From Auanema rhodensis (lineage: Eukaryota > Animalia > Nematoda), in contig CAXKVF010000073.1 in the NCBI GenBank assembly GCA_964057225.1, forward strand, positions 186,001 through 250,000: DNA of 64,000 nucleotides, read 5' to 3'. How positions within the stretch are numbered: position 1 is the stretch's first letter; every line of letters starts with the position of its first letter. The notes under the pieces were generated by a model. It saw nothing but the letters and a program-made list of their open reading frames with translations. It made no database searches and was not told the DNA's origin. Both the position numbers and the translations under genes were made by a program. This document shows positions 1-10,600 of the stretch, piece after piece.

Positions 1-1045
1 CATCACGTGTACATTTAATTAGCATAAATTAAAGTTCACGTAAATTTCAAAGTCATGGTTATCATGAAACAATATCAATAAAAATTTGTTTTTAGACTAA
101 TATGGACATGGGGAATCTAATTTTGAAAACCGCATCTCTTTATCTTTCACGTGAAGCGAGTTACATACCAAGTGCACATCACGTGTACATTTAATTAGCA
201 TAAATTAAAGTTCACGTAAATTTCAAAGTCATGGTTACCATGCACCAATATCAATAAAAATTTGTTTTTAGACTAATATGGACATGGGGAATCTAATTTT
301 GAAAACCGCATCTCTTTATCTTTCACGTGAAGCGAGTTACATACCAAGTGCACATCACGTGTACATTTAATTAGCATGAATTAAAGTTCACGTAATTTTC
401 AAAGTCATGGTTACCATGAACCAATATCAATAAAAATTTGTTTTTAGACTAATATGGACATGGGGAATCTAATTTTGAAAACCGCATCTCTTTATCTTTC
501 ACGTGAAGCGAGTTACATACCAAGTGCACATCACGTGTACATTTAATTAGCATAAATTAAAGTTCACGTAAATTTCAAAGTCATGGTTACCATGAACCAA
601 TATCAATAAAAATTTGTTTTTAGACTAATATGGACATTGGGAATCTAATTTTGAAAACCGCATCTCTTTATCTTTCACGTGAAGCGAGTTACATACCAAG
701 TGCACATCACGTGTAAATTTAATTAGCATAAATTAAAGTTCACGTAAATTTCAAAGTCATGGTTATCATGAACCAATATCAATAAAAATTTGTTTTTAGA
801 CTAATATGGACATGGGGAATCTAATTTTGAAAACCGCATCTCTTTATCTTTCACGTGAAGCGAGTTACATACCAAGTGCACATCACGTGTACATTTAATT
901 AGCATAAATTAAAGTTCACGTAAATTTCAAAGTCATGGTTACCATGCACCAATATCAATAAAAATTTGTTTTTAGACTAATATGGACATGGGGAATCAAA
1001 TTTTGAAAACCGCATCTCTTTATCTTTCACGTGAAGCGAGTTACA
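1..1045 (+). repeat. 176-bp tandem satellite array, segment 1 (~6 monomers)
   Basis: CATCACGTGT recurs at 1, 177, 353 and so on; monomers differ by only a few substitutions. Confidence 0.99.
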
Positions 1046-1517
1046 TGTCGCAGTTGGCTACCCACCTATGTTTCATGTGCTATATAACGTATAGTTATTC
1101 ACAAACACTCTGTTGAGTACGTTAAACATTATATTATCTTGAGAAGTATGTAAAACATTGATAAAACCTATATCATATAAAATCACATACTTAACTACAT
1201 ATAGTTAACTACATGAATATAGTACAGTTGAATTCGTCTTGCAACGACAAGCACGAATATATCATTCTTATTTCATTTAGACAAGTTCTAACAAAGTTAC
1301 AACTTTGGGCATGTTGCCAAGATCAACTACCGTAATCAGATTATCAAGCATGCACATCTAAGATTAGTGATAAGATCAATTGTTTACCTAAAATTGTTGA
1401 TATAAGATATTTGTGATATATTTTAATCAGTTTAAGTCTGTCTTTTATTTTCTAATTTTTTAATAAATTCTTTTATTTGTTTCTTTTTTTCTTTTTTTAT
1501 TATACAGTCTTTTGACT
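1046..1517 (+). repeat. 5' LTR (472 bp), copy 1
   Basis: TG start; repeated downstream; TATA-like CTATATAA (~1080) and CATATAAAA (~1175); AATAAA at 1462-1467 followed by a T-rich tract. Confidence 0.85.
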
Positions 1518-1532
1518 TGGGGGCCGAACCGG
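1518..1532 (+). promoter_or_regulatory. Primer-binding site, tRNA-Pro type (TGGGGGCCGAACCGG)
   Basis: Abuts the LTR end. The reverse complement CCGG-TTCGGCC-C-CCA parses as T-stem + acceptor strand + C discriminator + CCA, the layout of eukaryotic tRNA-Pro 3' ends. It matches the classic Pro PBS TGGGGGCTCGTCCGG at 11/15 positions. Confidence 0.75.
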
Positions 1533-1904
1533 TTCTCTGCTCGATTGATTGTCTTGTATATAGGGAAACGTATAGTTTCATAACCTATTTTTGGGCGAAT
1601 AGCTCCGTGATTAAGTCACAATCTGCCCGCATAGGGTTCTTCCAATTTTTTTTTTGGATTTTTTTTTCATTTTGAAAAAAAAAAAAAAAAAAAAATTTTT
1701 TTAGCACTTTCTAAGTGTTAATTAATTTTTGGAAGATTTTGAGAAAGTAATTAACTTTCTCTAATTTTTGATTTCGAGAAGAAATCAAAAATTTTTTTGT
1801 CATTATTCGTATAGAATATTCTTGACATATTTTAATTTTTTTTCGTATAGAAAACTAATTAATTTTTTTCCAGTTGACGAAAAGTCATTGCCTACATCTC
1901 CATC

Positions 1905-2105
1905 ATGAGTGAGGAACTGGATATCGAAATGAACGAGGTAAGATTACCTTTTGATTTTGATAAATTCGAGAGTAATATAGATAACATTTTATCTTTTGCT
2001 CAAAGTTTGATTTTAAATCATACTAAAACCGGTTGTAGACCAAGAGTCGAAGCCGAGAAAAATCTAGCTAAAATACCTATGTTTCATGTGCTATATAACG
2101 TATAG
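1905..2105 (+). pseudogene. Truncated element ORF (possible gag N-terminus), 66 aa, fused into the 3' LTR
   Basis: First long ORF, ~390 bp after the PBS. The last codons PMFHVLYNV* (2076-2105) are read from LTR sequence, so the ORF is chimeric. No recognisable domain. Confidence 0.45.
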
Positions 2106-2528
2106 TTATTCACAAACACTCTGTTGAGTACGTTAAACATTATATTATCTTGAGAAGTATGTAAAACATTGATAAAACCTATATCATATAAAATCACATA
2201 CTTAACTACATATAGTTAACTACATGAATATAGTACAGTTGAATTCGTCTTGCAACGACAAGCACGAATATATCATTCTTATTTCATTTAGACAAGTTCT
2301 AACAAAGTTACAACTTTGGGCATGTTGCCAAGATCAACTACCGTAATCAGATTATCAAGCATGCACATCTAAGATTAGTGATAAGATCAATTGTTTACCT
2401 AAAATTGTTGATATAAGATATTTGTGATATATTTTAATCAGTTTAAGTCTGTCTTTTATTTTCTAATTTTTTAATAAATTCTTTTATTTGTTTCTTTTTT
2501 TCTTTTTTTATTATACAGTCTTTTGACT
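2075..2528 (+). repeat. 3' LTR lacking its first 18 bp (454 bp), copy 1
   Basis: Matches 1064-1517 from ACCTATG onward; TGTCGCAGTTGGCTACCC is absent and no clear polypurine tract precedes it. Confidence 0.9.
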
Positions 2529-5172
2529 TACATACCAAGTGCACATCACGTGTACATTTAATTAGCATAAATTAAAGTTCACGTAAATTTCAAAGTCATG
2601 GTTACCATGCACCAATATCAATAAAAATTTGTTTTTAGACTAATATGGACATGGGGAATCTAATTTTGAAAACCGCATCTCTTTATCTTTCACGTGAAGC
2701 GAGTTACATACCAAGTGCACATCACGTGTAAATTTAATTAGCATAAATTAAAGTTCACGTAAATTTCAAAGTCATGGTTATCATTAACCAATATCAATAA
2801 AAATTTGTTTTTAGACTAATATGGACATGGGGAATCTAATTTTGAAAACCGCATCTCTTTATCTTTCACGTGAAGCGAGTTACAAACCAAGTGCACATCA
2901 CGTGTACATTTAATTAGCATAAATTAAAGTTCACGTAAATTTCAAAGTCATGGTTACCATGCACCAATATCAATAAAAATTTGTTTTTAGACTAATATGG
3001 ACATGGGGAATCTAATTTTGAAAACCGCATCTCTTTATCTTTCACGTGAAGCGAGTTACATACCAAGTGCACATCACGTGTAAATTTAATTAGCATAAAT
3101 TAAAGTTCACGTAAATTTCAAAGTCATGGTTATCATGAACCAATATCAATAAAAATTTGTTTTTAGACTAATATGGACATGGGGAATCTAATTTTGAAAA
3201 CCGCATCTCTTTATCTTTCACGTGAAGCGAGTTACATACCAAGTGCACATCACGTGTACATTTAATTAGCATAAATTAAAGTTCACGTAAATTTCGAAGT
3301 CATGGTTACCATGCACCAATATCAATAAAAATTTGTTTTTAGACTAATATGGACATGGGGAATCTAATTTCGAAAACCGCATCTCTTTATCTTTCACGTG
3401 AAGCGAGTTACATACCAAGTGCACATCACGTGTACATTTAATTAGCATAAATTAAAGTTCACGTAAATTTCAAAGTCATGGTTACCATGCACCAATATCA
3501 ATAAAAATTTGTTTTTAGACTAATATGGACATGGGGAATCTAATTTTGAAAACCGCATCTCTTTATCTTTCACGTGAAGCGAGTTACATACCAAGTGCAC
3601 ATCACGTGTACATTTAATTAGCATAAATTAAAGTTCACGTAAATTTCAAAGTCATGGTTACCATGCACCAATATCAATAAAAATTTGTTTTTAGACTAAT
3701 ATGGACATGGGGAATCTAATTTTGAAAACCGCATCTCTTTATCTTTCACGTGAAGCGAGTTACATACCGAGTGCACATCACGTGTACATTTAATTAGCAT
3801 AAATTAAAGTTCACGTAAATTTCAAAGTCATGGTTACCATGCACCAATATCAATAAAAATTTGTTTTTAGACTAATATGGACATGGGGAATCTAATTTTG
3901 AAAACCGCATCTCTTTATCTTTCACGTGAAGCGAGTTACATACCAAGTGCACATCACGTGTACATTTAATTAGCATAAATTAAAGTTCACGTAAATTTCA
4001 AAGTCATGGTTACCATGCACCAATATCAATAAAAATTTGTTTTTAGACTAATATGGACATGGGGAATCTAATTTTGAAAACCGCATCTCTTTATCTTTCA
4101 CGTGAAGCGAGTTACATACCGAGTGCACATCACGTGTAAATTTAATTAGCATAAATTAAAGTTCACGTAAATTTCAAAGTCATGGTTACCATGAACCAAT
4201 ATCAATAAAAGTTTGTTTTTAGACTAATATGGACATGGGGAATCAAATTTTGAGAACCGCATCTCTTTATCTTTCACGTGAAGCGAGTTACATACCAAGT
4301 GCACATCACGTGTACATTTAATTAGCATAAATTAAAGTTCACGTAAATTTCAAAGTCATGGTTATCATGAAACAATATCAATAAAAATTTGTTTTTAGAC
4401 TAATATGGACATGGGGAATCTAATTGTGAAAACCGCATCTCTTTATCTTTCACGTGAAGCGAGTTACATACCAAGTGCACATCACGTGTACATTTAATTA
4501 GCATAAATTAAAGTTCACGTAAATTTCAAAGTCATGGTTACCATGCACCAATATCAATAAAAATTTGTTTTTAGACTAATATGGACATGGGGAATCTAAT
4601 TTTGAAAACCGCATCTCTTTATCTTTCACGTGAAGCGAGTTACATACCAAGTGCACATCACGTGTACATTTAATTAGCATGAATTAAAGTTCACGTAATT
4701 TTCAAAGTCATGGTTACCATGAACCAATATCAATAAAAATTTGTTTTTAGACTAATATGGACATGGGGAATCTAATTTTGAAAACCGCATCTCTTTATCT
4801 TTCACGTGAAGCGAGTTACATACCAAGTGCACATCACGTGTACATTTAATTAGCATAAATTAAAGTTCACGTAAATTTCAAAGTCATGGTTACCATGAAC
4901 CAATATCAATAAAAATTTGTTTTTAGACTAATATGGACATTGGGAATCTAATTTTGAAAACCGCATCTCTTTATCTTTCACGTGAAGCGAGTTACATACC
5001 AAGTGCACATCACGTGTAAATTTAATTAGCATAAATTAAAGTTCACGTAAATTTCAAAGTCATGGTTATCATGAACCAATATCAATAAAAATTTGTTTTT
5101 AGACTAATATGGACATGGGGAATCTAATTTTGAAAACCGCATCTCTTTATCTTTCACGTGAAGCGAGTTACA
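2529..5172 (+). repeat. 176-bp satellite, segment 2 (15 monomers between the two element copies)
   Basis: Length is 2644 = 15x176 + 4 (TSD); same monomer and same orientation. Confidence 0.99.
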
Positions 5173-5644
5173 TGTCGCAGTTGGCTACCCACCTATGTTT
5201 CATGTGCTATATAACGTATAGTTATTCACAAACACTCTGTTGAGTACGTTAAACATTATATTATCTTGAGAAGTATGTAAAACATTGATAAAACCTATAT
5301 CATATAAAATCACATACTTAACTACATATAGTTAACTACATGAATATAGTACAGTTGAATTCGTCTTGCAACGACAAGCACGAATATATCATTCTTATTT
5401 CATTTAGACAAGTTCTAACAAAGTTACAACTTTGGGCATGTTGCCAAGATCAACTACCGTAATCAGATTATCAAGCATGCACATCTAAGATTAGTGATAA
5501 GATCAATTGTTTACCTAAAATTGTTGATATAAGATATTTGTGATATATTTTAATCAGTTTAAGTCTGTCTTTTATTTTCTAATTTTTTAATAAATTCTTT
5601 TATTTGTTTCTTTTTTTCTTTTTTTATTATACAGTCTTTTGACT
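5173..5644 (+). repeat. 5' LTR (472 bp), copy 2
   Basis: No difference seen from 1046-1517. Confidence 0.85.
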
Positions 5645-5659
5645 TGGGGGCCGAACCGG
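5645..5659 (+). promoter_or_regulatory. Primer-binding site (tRNA-Pro type)
   Basis: TGGGGGCCGAACCGG directly after the LTR. Confidence 0.75.
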
Positions 5660-6032
5660 TTCTCTGCTCGATTGATTGTCTTGTATATAGGGAAACGTAT
5701 AGTTTCATAACCTATTTTTGGGCGAATAGCTCCGTGATTAAGTCACAATCTGCCCGCATAGGGTTCTTCCAATTTTTTTTTTGGATTTTTTTTTCATTTT
5801 GAAAAAAAAAAAAAAAAAAAAAATTTTTTTAGCACTTTCTAAGTGTTAATTAATTTTTGGAAGATTTTGAGAAAGTAATTAACTTTCTCTAATTTTTGAT
5901 TTCGAGAAGAAATCAAAAATTTTTTTGTCATTATTCGTATAGAATATTCTTGACATATTTTAATTTTTTTTCGTATAGAAAACTAATTAATTTTTTTCCA
6001 GTTGACGAAAAGTCATTGCCTACATCTCCATC

Positions 6033-6233
6033 ATGAGTGAGGAACTGGATATCGAAATGAACGAGGTAAGATTACCTTTTGATTTTGATAAATTCGAGAG
6101 TAATATAGATAACATTTTATCTTTTGCTCAAAGTTTGATTTTAAATCATACTAAAACCGGTTGTAGACCAAGAGTCGAAGCCGAGAAAAATCTAGCTAAA
6201 ATACCTATGTTTCATGTGCTATATAACGTATAG
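6033..6233 (+). pseudogene. Truncated element ORF, second copy
   Basis: Translation identical to 1905-2105. Confidence 0.45.
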
Positions 6234-6656
6234 TTATTCACAAACACTCTGTTGAGTACGTTAAACATTATATTATCTTGAGAAGTATGTAAAACATTGA
6301 TAAAACCTATATCATATAAAATCACATACTTAACTACATATAGTTAACTACATGAATATAGTACAGTTGAATTCGTCTTGCAACGACAAGCACGAATATA
6401 TCATTCTTATTTCATTTAGACAAGTTCTAACAAAGTTACAACTTTGGGCATGTTGCCAAGATCAACTACCGTAATCAGATTATCAAGCATGCACATCTAA
6501 GATTAGTGATAAGATCAATTGTTTACCTAAAATTGTTGATATAAGATATTTGTGATATATTTTAATCAGTTTAAGTCTGTCTTTTATTTTCTAATTTTTT
6601 AATAAATTCTTTTATTTGTTTCTTTTTTTCTTTTTTTATTATACAGTCTTTTGACT
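6203..6656 (+). repeat. Middle truncated LTR (454 bp)
   Basis: Has the deleted 5' junction of the 3' LTR (AAAT|ACCTATG) but is followed by a PBS, like a 5' LTR. Confidence 0.9.
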
Positions 6657-6671
6657 TGGGGGCCGAACCGG
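6657..6671 (+). promoter_or_regulatory. Primer-binding site (tRNA-Pro type), duplicated
   Basis: TGGGGGCCGAACCGG after the middle LTR. Confidence 0.72.
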
Positions 6672-7044
6672 TTCTCTGCTCGATTGATTGTCTTGTATAT
6701 AGGGAAACGTATAGTTTCATAACCTATTTTTGGGCGAATAGCTCCGTGATTAAGTCACAATCTGCCCGCATAGGGTTCTTCCAATTTTTTTTTTGGATTT
6801 TTTTTTCATTTTGAAAAAAAAAAAAAAAAAAAAAATTTTTTTAGCACTTTCTAAGTGTTAATTAATTTTTGGAAGATTTTGAGAAAGTAATTAACTTTCT
6901 CTAATTTTTGATTTCGAGAAGAAATCAAAAATTTTTTTGTCATTATTCGTATAGAATATTCTTGACATATTTTAATTTTTTTTCGTATAGAAAACTAATT
7001 AATTTTTTTCCAGTTGACGAAAAGTCATTGCCTACATCTCCATC

Positions 7045-7245
7045 ATGAGTGAGGAACTGGATATCGAAATGAACGAGGTAAGATTACCTTTTGATTTTGA
7101 TAAATTCGAGAGTAATATAGATAACATTTTATCTTTTGCTCAAAGTTTGATTTTAAATCATACTAAAACCGGTTGTAGACCAAGAGTCGAAGCCGAGAAA
7201 AATCTAGCTAAAATACCTATGTTTCATGTGCTATATAACGTATAG
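7045..7245 (+). pseudogene. Truncated element ORF, third copy
   Basis: Identical translation; offset 1012 from the 6033 copy. Confidence 0.45.
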
Positions 7246-7668
7246 TTATTCACAAACACTCTGTTGAGTACGTTAAACATTATATTATCTTGAGAAGTAT
7301 GTAAAACATTGATAAAACCTATATCATATAAAATCACATACTTAACTACATATAGTTAACTACATGAATATAGTACAGTTGAATTCGTCTTGCAACGACA
7401 AGCACGAATATATCATTCTTATTTCATTTAGACAAGTTCTAACAAAGTTACAACTTTGGGCATGTTGCCAAGATCAACTACCGTAATCAGATTATCAAGC
7501 ATGCACATCTAAGATTAGTGATAAGATCAATTGTTTACCTAAAATTGTTGATATAAGATATTTGTGATATATTTTAATCAGTTTAAGTCTGTCTTTTATT
7601 TTCTAATTTTTTAATAAATTCTTTTATTTGTTTCTTTTTTTCTTTTTTTATTATACAGTCTTTTGACT
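7215..7668 (+). repeat. 3' truncated LTR of copy 2
   Basis: ACCTATG...TTTTGACT, after which the satellite resumes with TACA. Confidence 0.9.
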
Positions 7669-10600
7669 TACATACCAAGTGCACATCACGTGTACATTTA
7701 ATTAGCATAAATTAAAGTTCACGTAAATTTCAAAGTCATGGTTACCATGCACCAATATCAATAAAAATTTGTTTTTAGACTAATATGGACATGGGGAATC
7801 TAATTTTGAAAACCGCATCTCTTTATCTTTCACGTGAAGCGAGTTACATACCAAGTGCACATCACGTGTAAATTTAATTAGCATAAATTAAAGTTCACGT
7901 AAATTTCAAAGTCATGGTTATCATTAACCAATATCAATAAAAATTTGTTTTTAGACTAATATGGACATGGGGAATCTAATTTTGAAAACCGCATCTCTTT
8001 ATCTTTCACGTGAAGCGAGTTACATACCAAGTGCACATCACGTGTACATTTAATTAGCATAAATTAAAGTTCACGTAAATTTCAAAGTCATGGTTACCAT
8101 GCACCAATATCAATAAAAATTTGTTTTTAGACTAATATGGACATGGGGAATCTAATTTTGAAAACCGCATCTCTTTATCTTTCACGTGAAGCGAGTTACA
8201 TACCAAGTGCACATCACGTGTAAATTTAATTAGCATAAATTAAAGTTCACGTAAATTTCAAAGTCATGGTTATCATGAACCAATATCAATAAAAATTTGT
8301 TTTTAGACTAATATGGACATGGGGAATCTAATTTTGAAAACCGCATCTCTTTATCTTTCACGTGAAGCGAGTTACATACCAAGTGCACATCACGTGTACA
8401 TTTAATTAGCATAAATTAAAGTTCACGTAAATTTCGAAGTCATGGTTACCATGCACCAATATCAATAAAAATTTGTTTTTAGACTAATATGGACATGGGG
8501 AATCTAATTTCGAAAACCGCATCTCTTTATCTTTCACGTGAAGCGAGTTACATACCAAGTGCACATCACGTGTACATTTAATTAGCATAAATTAAAGTTC
8601 ACGTAAATTTCAAAGTCATGGTTACCATGCACCAATATCAATAAAAATTTGTTTTTAGACTAATATGGACATGGGGAATCTAATTTTGAAAACCGCATCT
8701 CTTTATCTTTCACGTGAAGCGAGTTACATACCAAGTGCACATCACGTGTACATTTAATTAGCATAAATTAAAGTTCACGTAAATTTCAAAGTCATGGTTA
8801 CCATGCACCAATATCAATAAAAATTTGTTTTTAGACTAATATGGACATGGGGAATCTAATTTTGAAAACCGCATCTCTTTATCTTTCACGTGAAGCGAGT
8901 TACATACCGAGTGCACATCACGTGTAAATTTAATTAGCATAAATTAAAGTTCACGTAAATTTCAAAGTCATGGTTACCATGAACCAATATCAATAAAAGT
9001 TTGTTTTTAGACTAATATGGACATGGGGAATCAAATTTTGAGAACCGCTTCTCTTTATCTTTCACGTGAAGCGAGTTACATACCAAGTGCACATCACGTG
9101 TACATTTAATTAGCATAAATTAAAGTTCACGTAAATTTCAAAGTCATGGTTATCATGAAACAATATCAATAAAAATTTGTTTTTAGACTAATATGGACAT
9201 GGGGAATCTAATTTTGAAAACCGCATCTCTTTATCTTTCACGTGAAGCGAGTTACATACCAAGTGCACATCACGTGTACATTTAATTAGCATAAATTAAA
9301 GTTCACGTAAATTTCAAAGTCATGGTTACCATGCACCAATATCAATAAAAATTTGTTTTTAGACTAATATGGACATGGGGAATCTAATTTTGAAAACCGC
9401 ATCTCTTTATCTTTCACGTGAAGCGAGTTACATACCAAGTGCACATCACGTGTACATTTAATTAGCATGAATTAAAGTTCACGTAATTTTCAAAGTCATG
9501 GTTACCATGAACCAATATCAATAAAAATTTGTTTTTAGACTAATATGGACATGGGGAATCTAATTTTGAAAACCGCATCTCTTTATCTTTCACGTGAAGC
9601 GAGTTACATACCAAGTGCACATCACGTGTACATTTAATTAGCATAAATTAAAGTTCACGTAAATTTCAAAGTCATGGTTACCATGAACCAATATCAATAA
9701 AAATTTGTTTTTAGACTAATATGGACATGGGGAATCTAATTTTGAAAACCGCATCTCTTTATCTTTCACGTGAAACGAGTTACATACCAAGTGCACATCA
9801 CGTGTACATTTAATTAGCATAAATTAAAGTTCACGTAAATTTCAAAGTCATGGTTATCATGAAACAATATCAATAAAAATTTGTTTTTAGACTAATATGG
9901 ACATGGGGAATCTAATTTTGAAAACCGCATCTCTTTATCTTTCACGTGAAGCGAGTTACATACCAAGTGCACATCACGTGTACATTTAATTAGCATAAAT
10001 TAAAGTTCACGTAAATTTCAAAGTCATGGTTACCATGAACCAATATCAATAAAAATTTGTTTTTAGACTAATATGGACATGGGGAATCTAATTTTGAAAA
10101 CCGCATCTCTTTATCTTTCACGTGAAGCGAGTTACATACCAAGTGCACATCACGTGTACATTTAATTAGCATAAATTAAAGTTCACGTAAATTTCAAAGT
10201 CATGGTTACCATGCACCAATATCAATAAAAATTTGTTTTTAGACTAATATGGACATGGGGAATCTAATTTTGAAAACCGCATCTCTTTATCTTTCACGTG
10301 AAGCGAGTTACATACCAAGTGCACATCACGTGTAAATTTAATTAGCATAAATTAAAGTTCACGTAAATTTCAAAGTCATGGTTATCATTAACCAATATCA
10401 ATAAAAATTTGTTTTTAGACTAATATGGACATGGGGAATCTAATTTTGAAAACCGCATCTCTTTATCTTTCACGTGAAGCGAGTTACATACCAAGTGCAC
10501 ATCACGTGTACATTTAATTAGCATAAATTAAAGTTCACGTAAATTTCAAAGTCATGGTTACCATGCACCAATATCAATAAAAATTTGTTTTTAGACTAAT

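Larger units (their letters stand above)
1046..2528 (+). mobile_element. Internally deleted non-autonomous LTR retrotransposon (Ty3/gypsy-like), copy 1, 1483 bp
   Basis: Starts TGTCG and ends TGACT. Direct repeats 1064-1517 and 2075-2528 (offset 1011). PBS immediately follows the 5' LTR. Flanked by duplicated TACA (1042-1045, 2529-2532). No pol or env. Confidence 0.88.
5173..7668 (+). mobile_element. Same deleted LTR element, copy 2, with tandem-duplicated internal+LTR unit (3 LTRs, 2496 bp)
   Basis: LTR 5173-5644, internal 5645-6202, truncated LTR 6203-6656, internal 6657-7214, truncated LTR 7215-7668. TACA at 5169-5172 and 7669-7672. Confidence 0.9.

Noticed and set aside
1-176. Identity with Arabidopsis CEN178 or primate alpha satellite, or a CENP-B box
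   Set aside because: Only the length is similar. I recognise no sequence match and see no canonical TTCG....A..CGGG box.
1047-2527. DNA transposon with GTC...GAC ends and 6-bp TTACAT TSD, or Helitron (terminal AGTC-TTTT-GACT hairpin)
   Set aside because: The inverted match is only 3 bp, there are no TC...CTRR ends, and neither class explains the long direct repeats and PBS.
1046-2528. Penelope-like element or hammerhead retrozyme (unequal direct repeats, introns, tandem units)
   Set aside because: I found no CTGANGA...GAAA hammerhead core by eye on either strand. The TG start, a tRNA-like PBS abutting the repeat and the short TSD fit an LTR element better. An Infernal search would settle it.
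1905-7245. Three-copy family of a novel 66-aa protein
   Set aside because: The identical copies result from DNA duplication, the C-terminus is LTR read-through across a deletion junction, and the middle looks intronic.
1046-7668. Two independent site-specific insertions proving satellite targeting
   Set aside because: Shared flanking haplotypes and the same internal deletion show a single event. Targeting cannot be concluded from this window.
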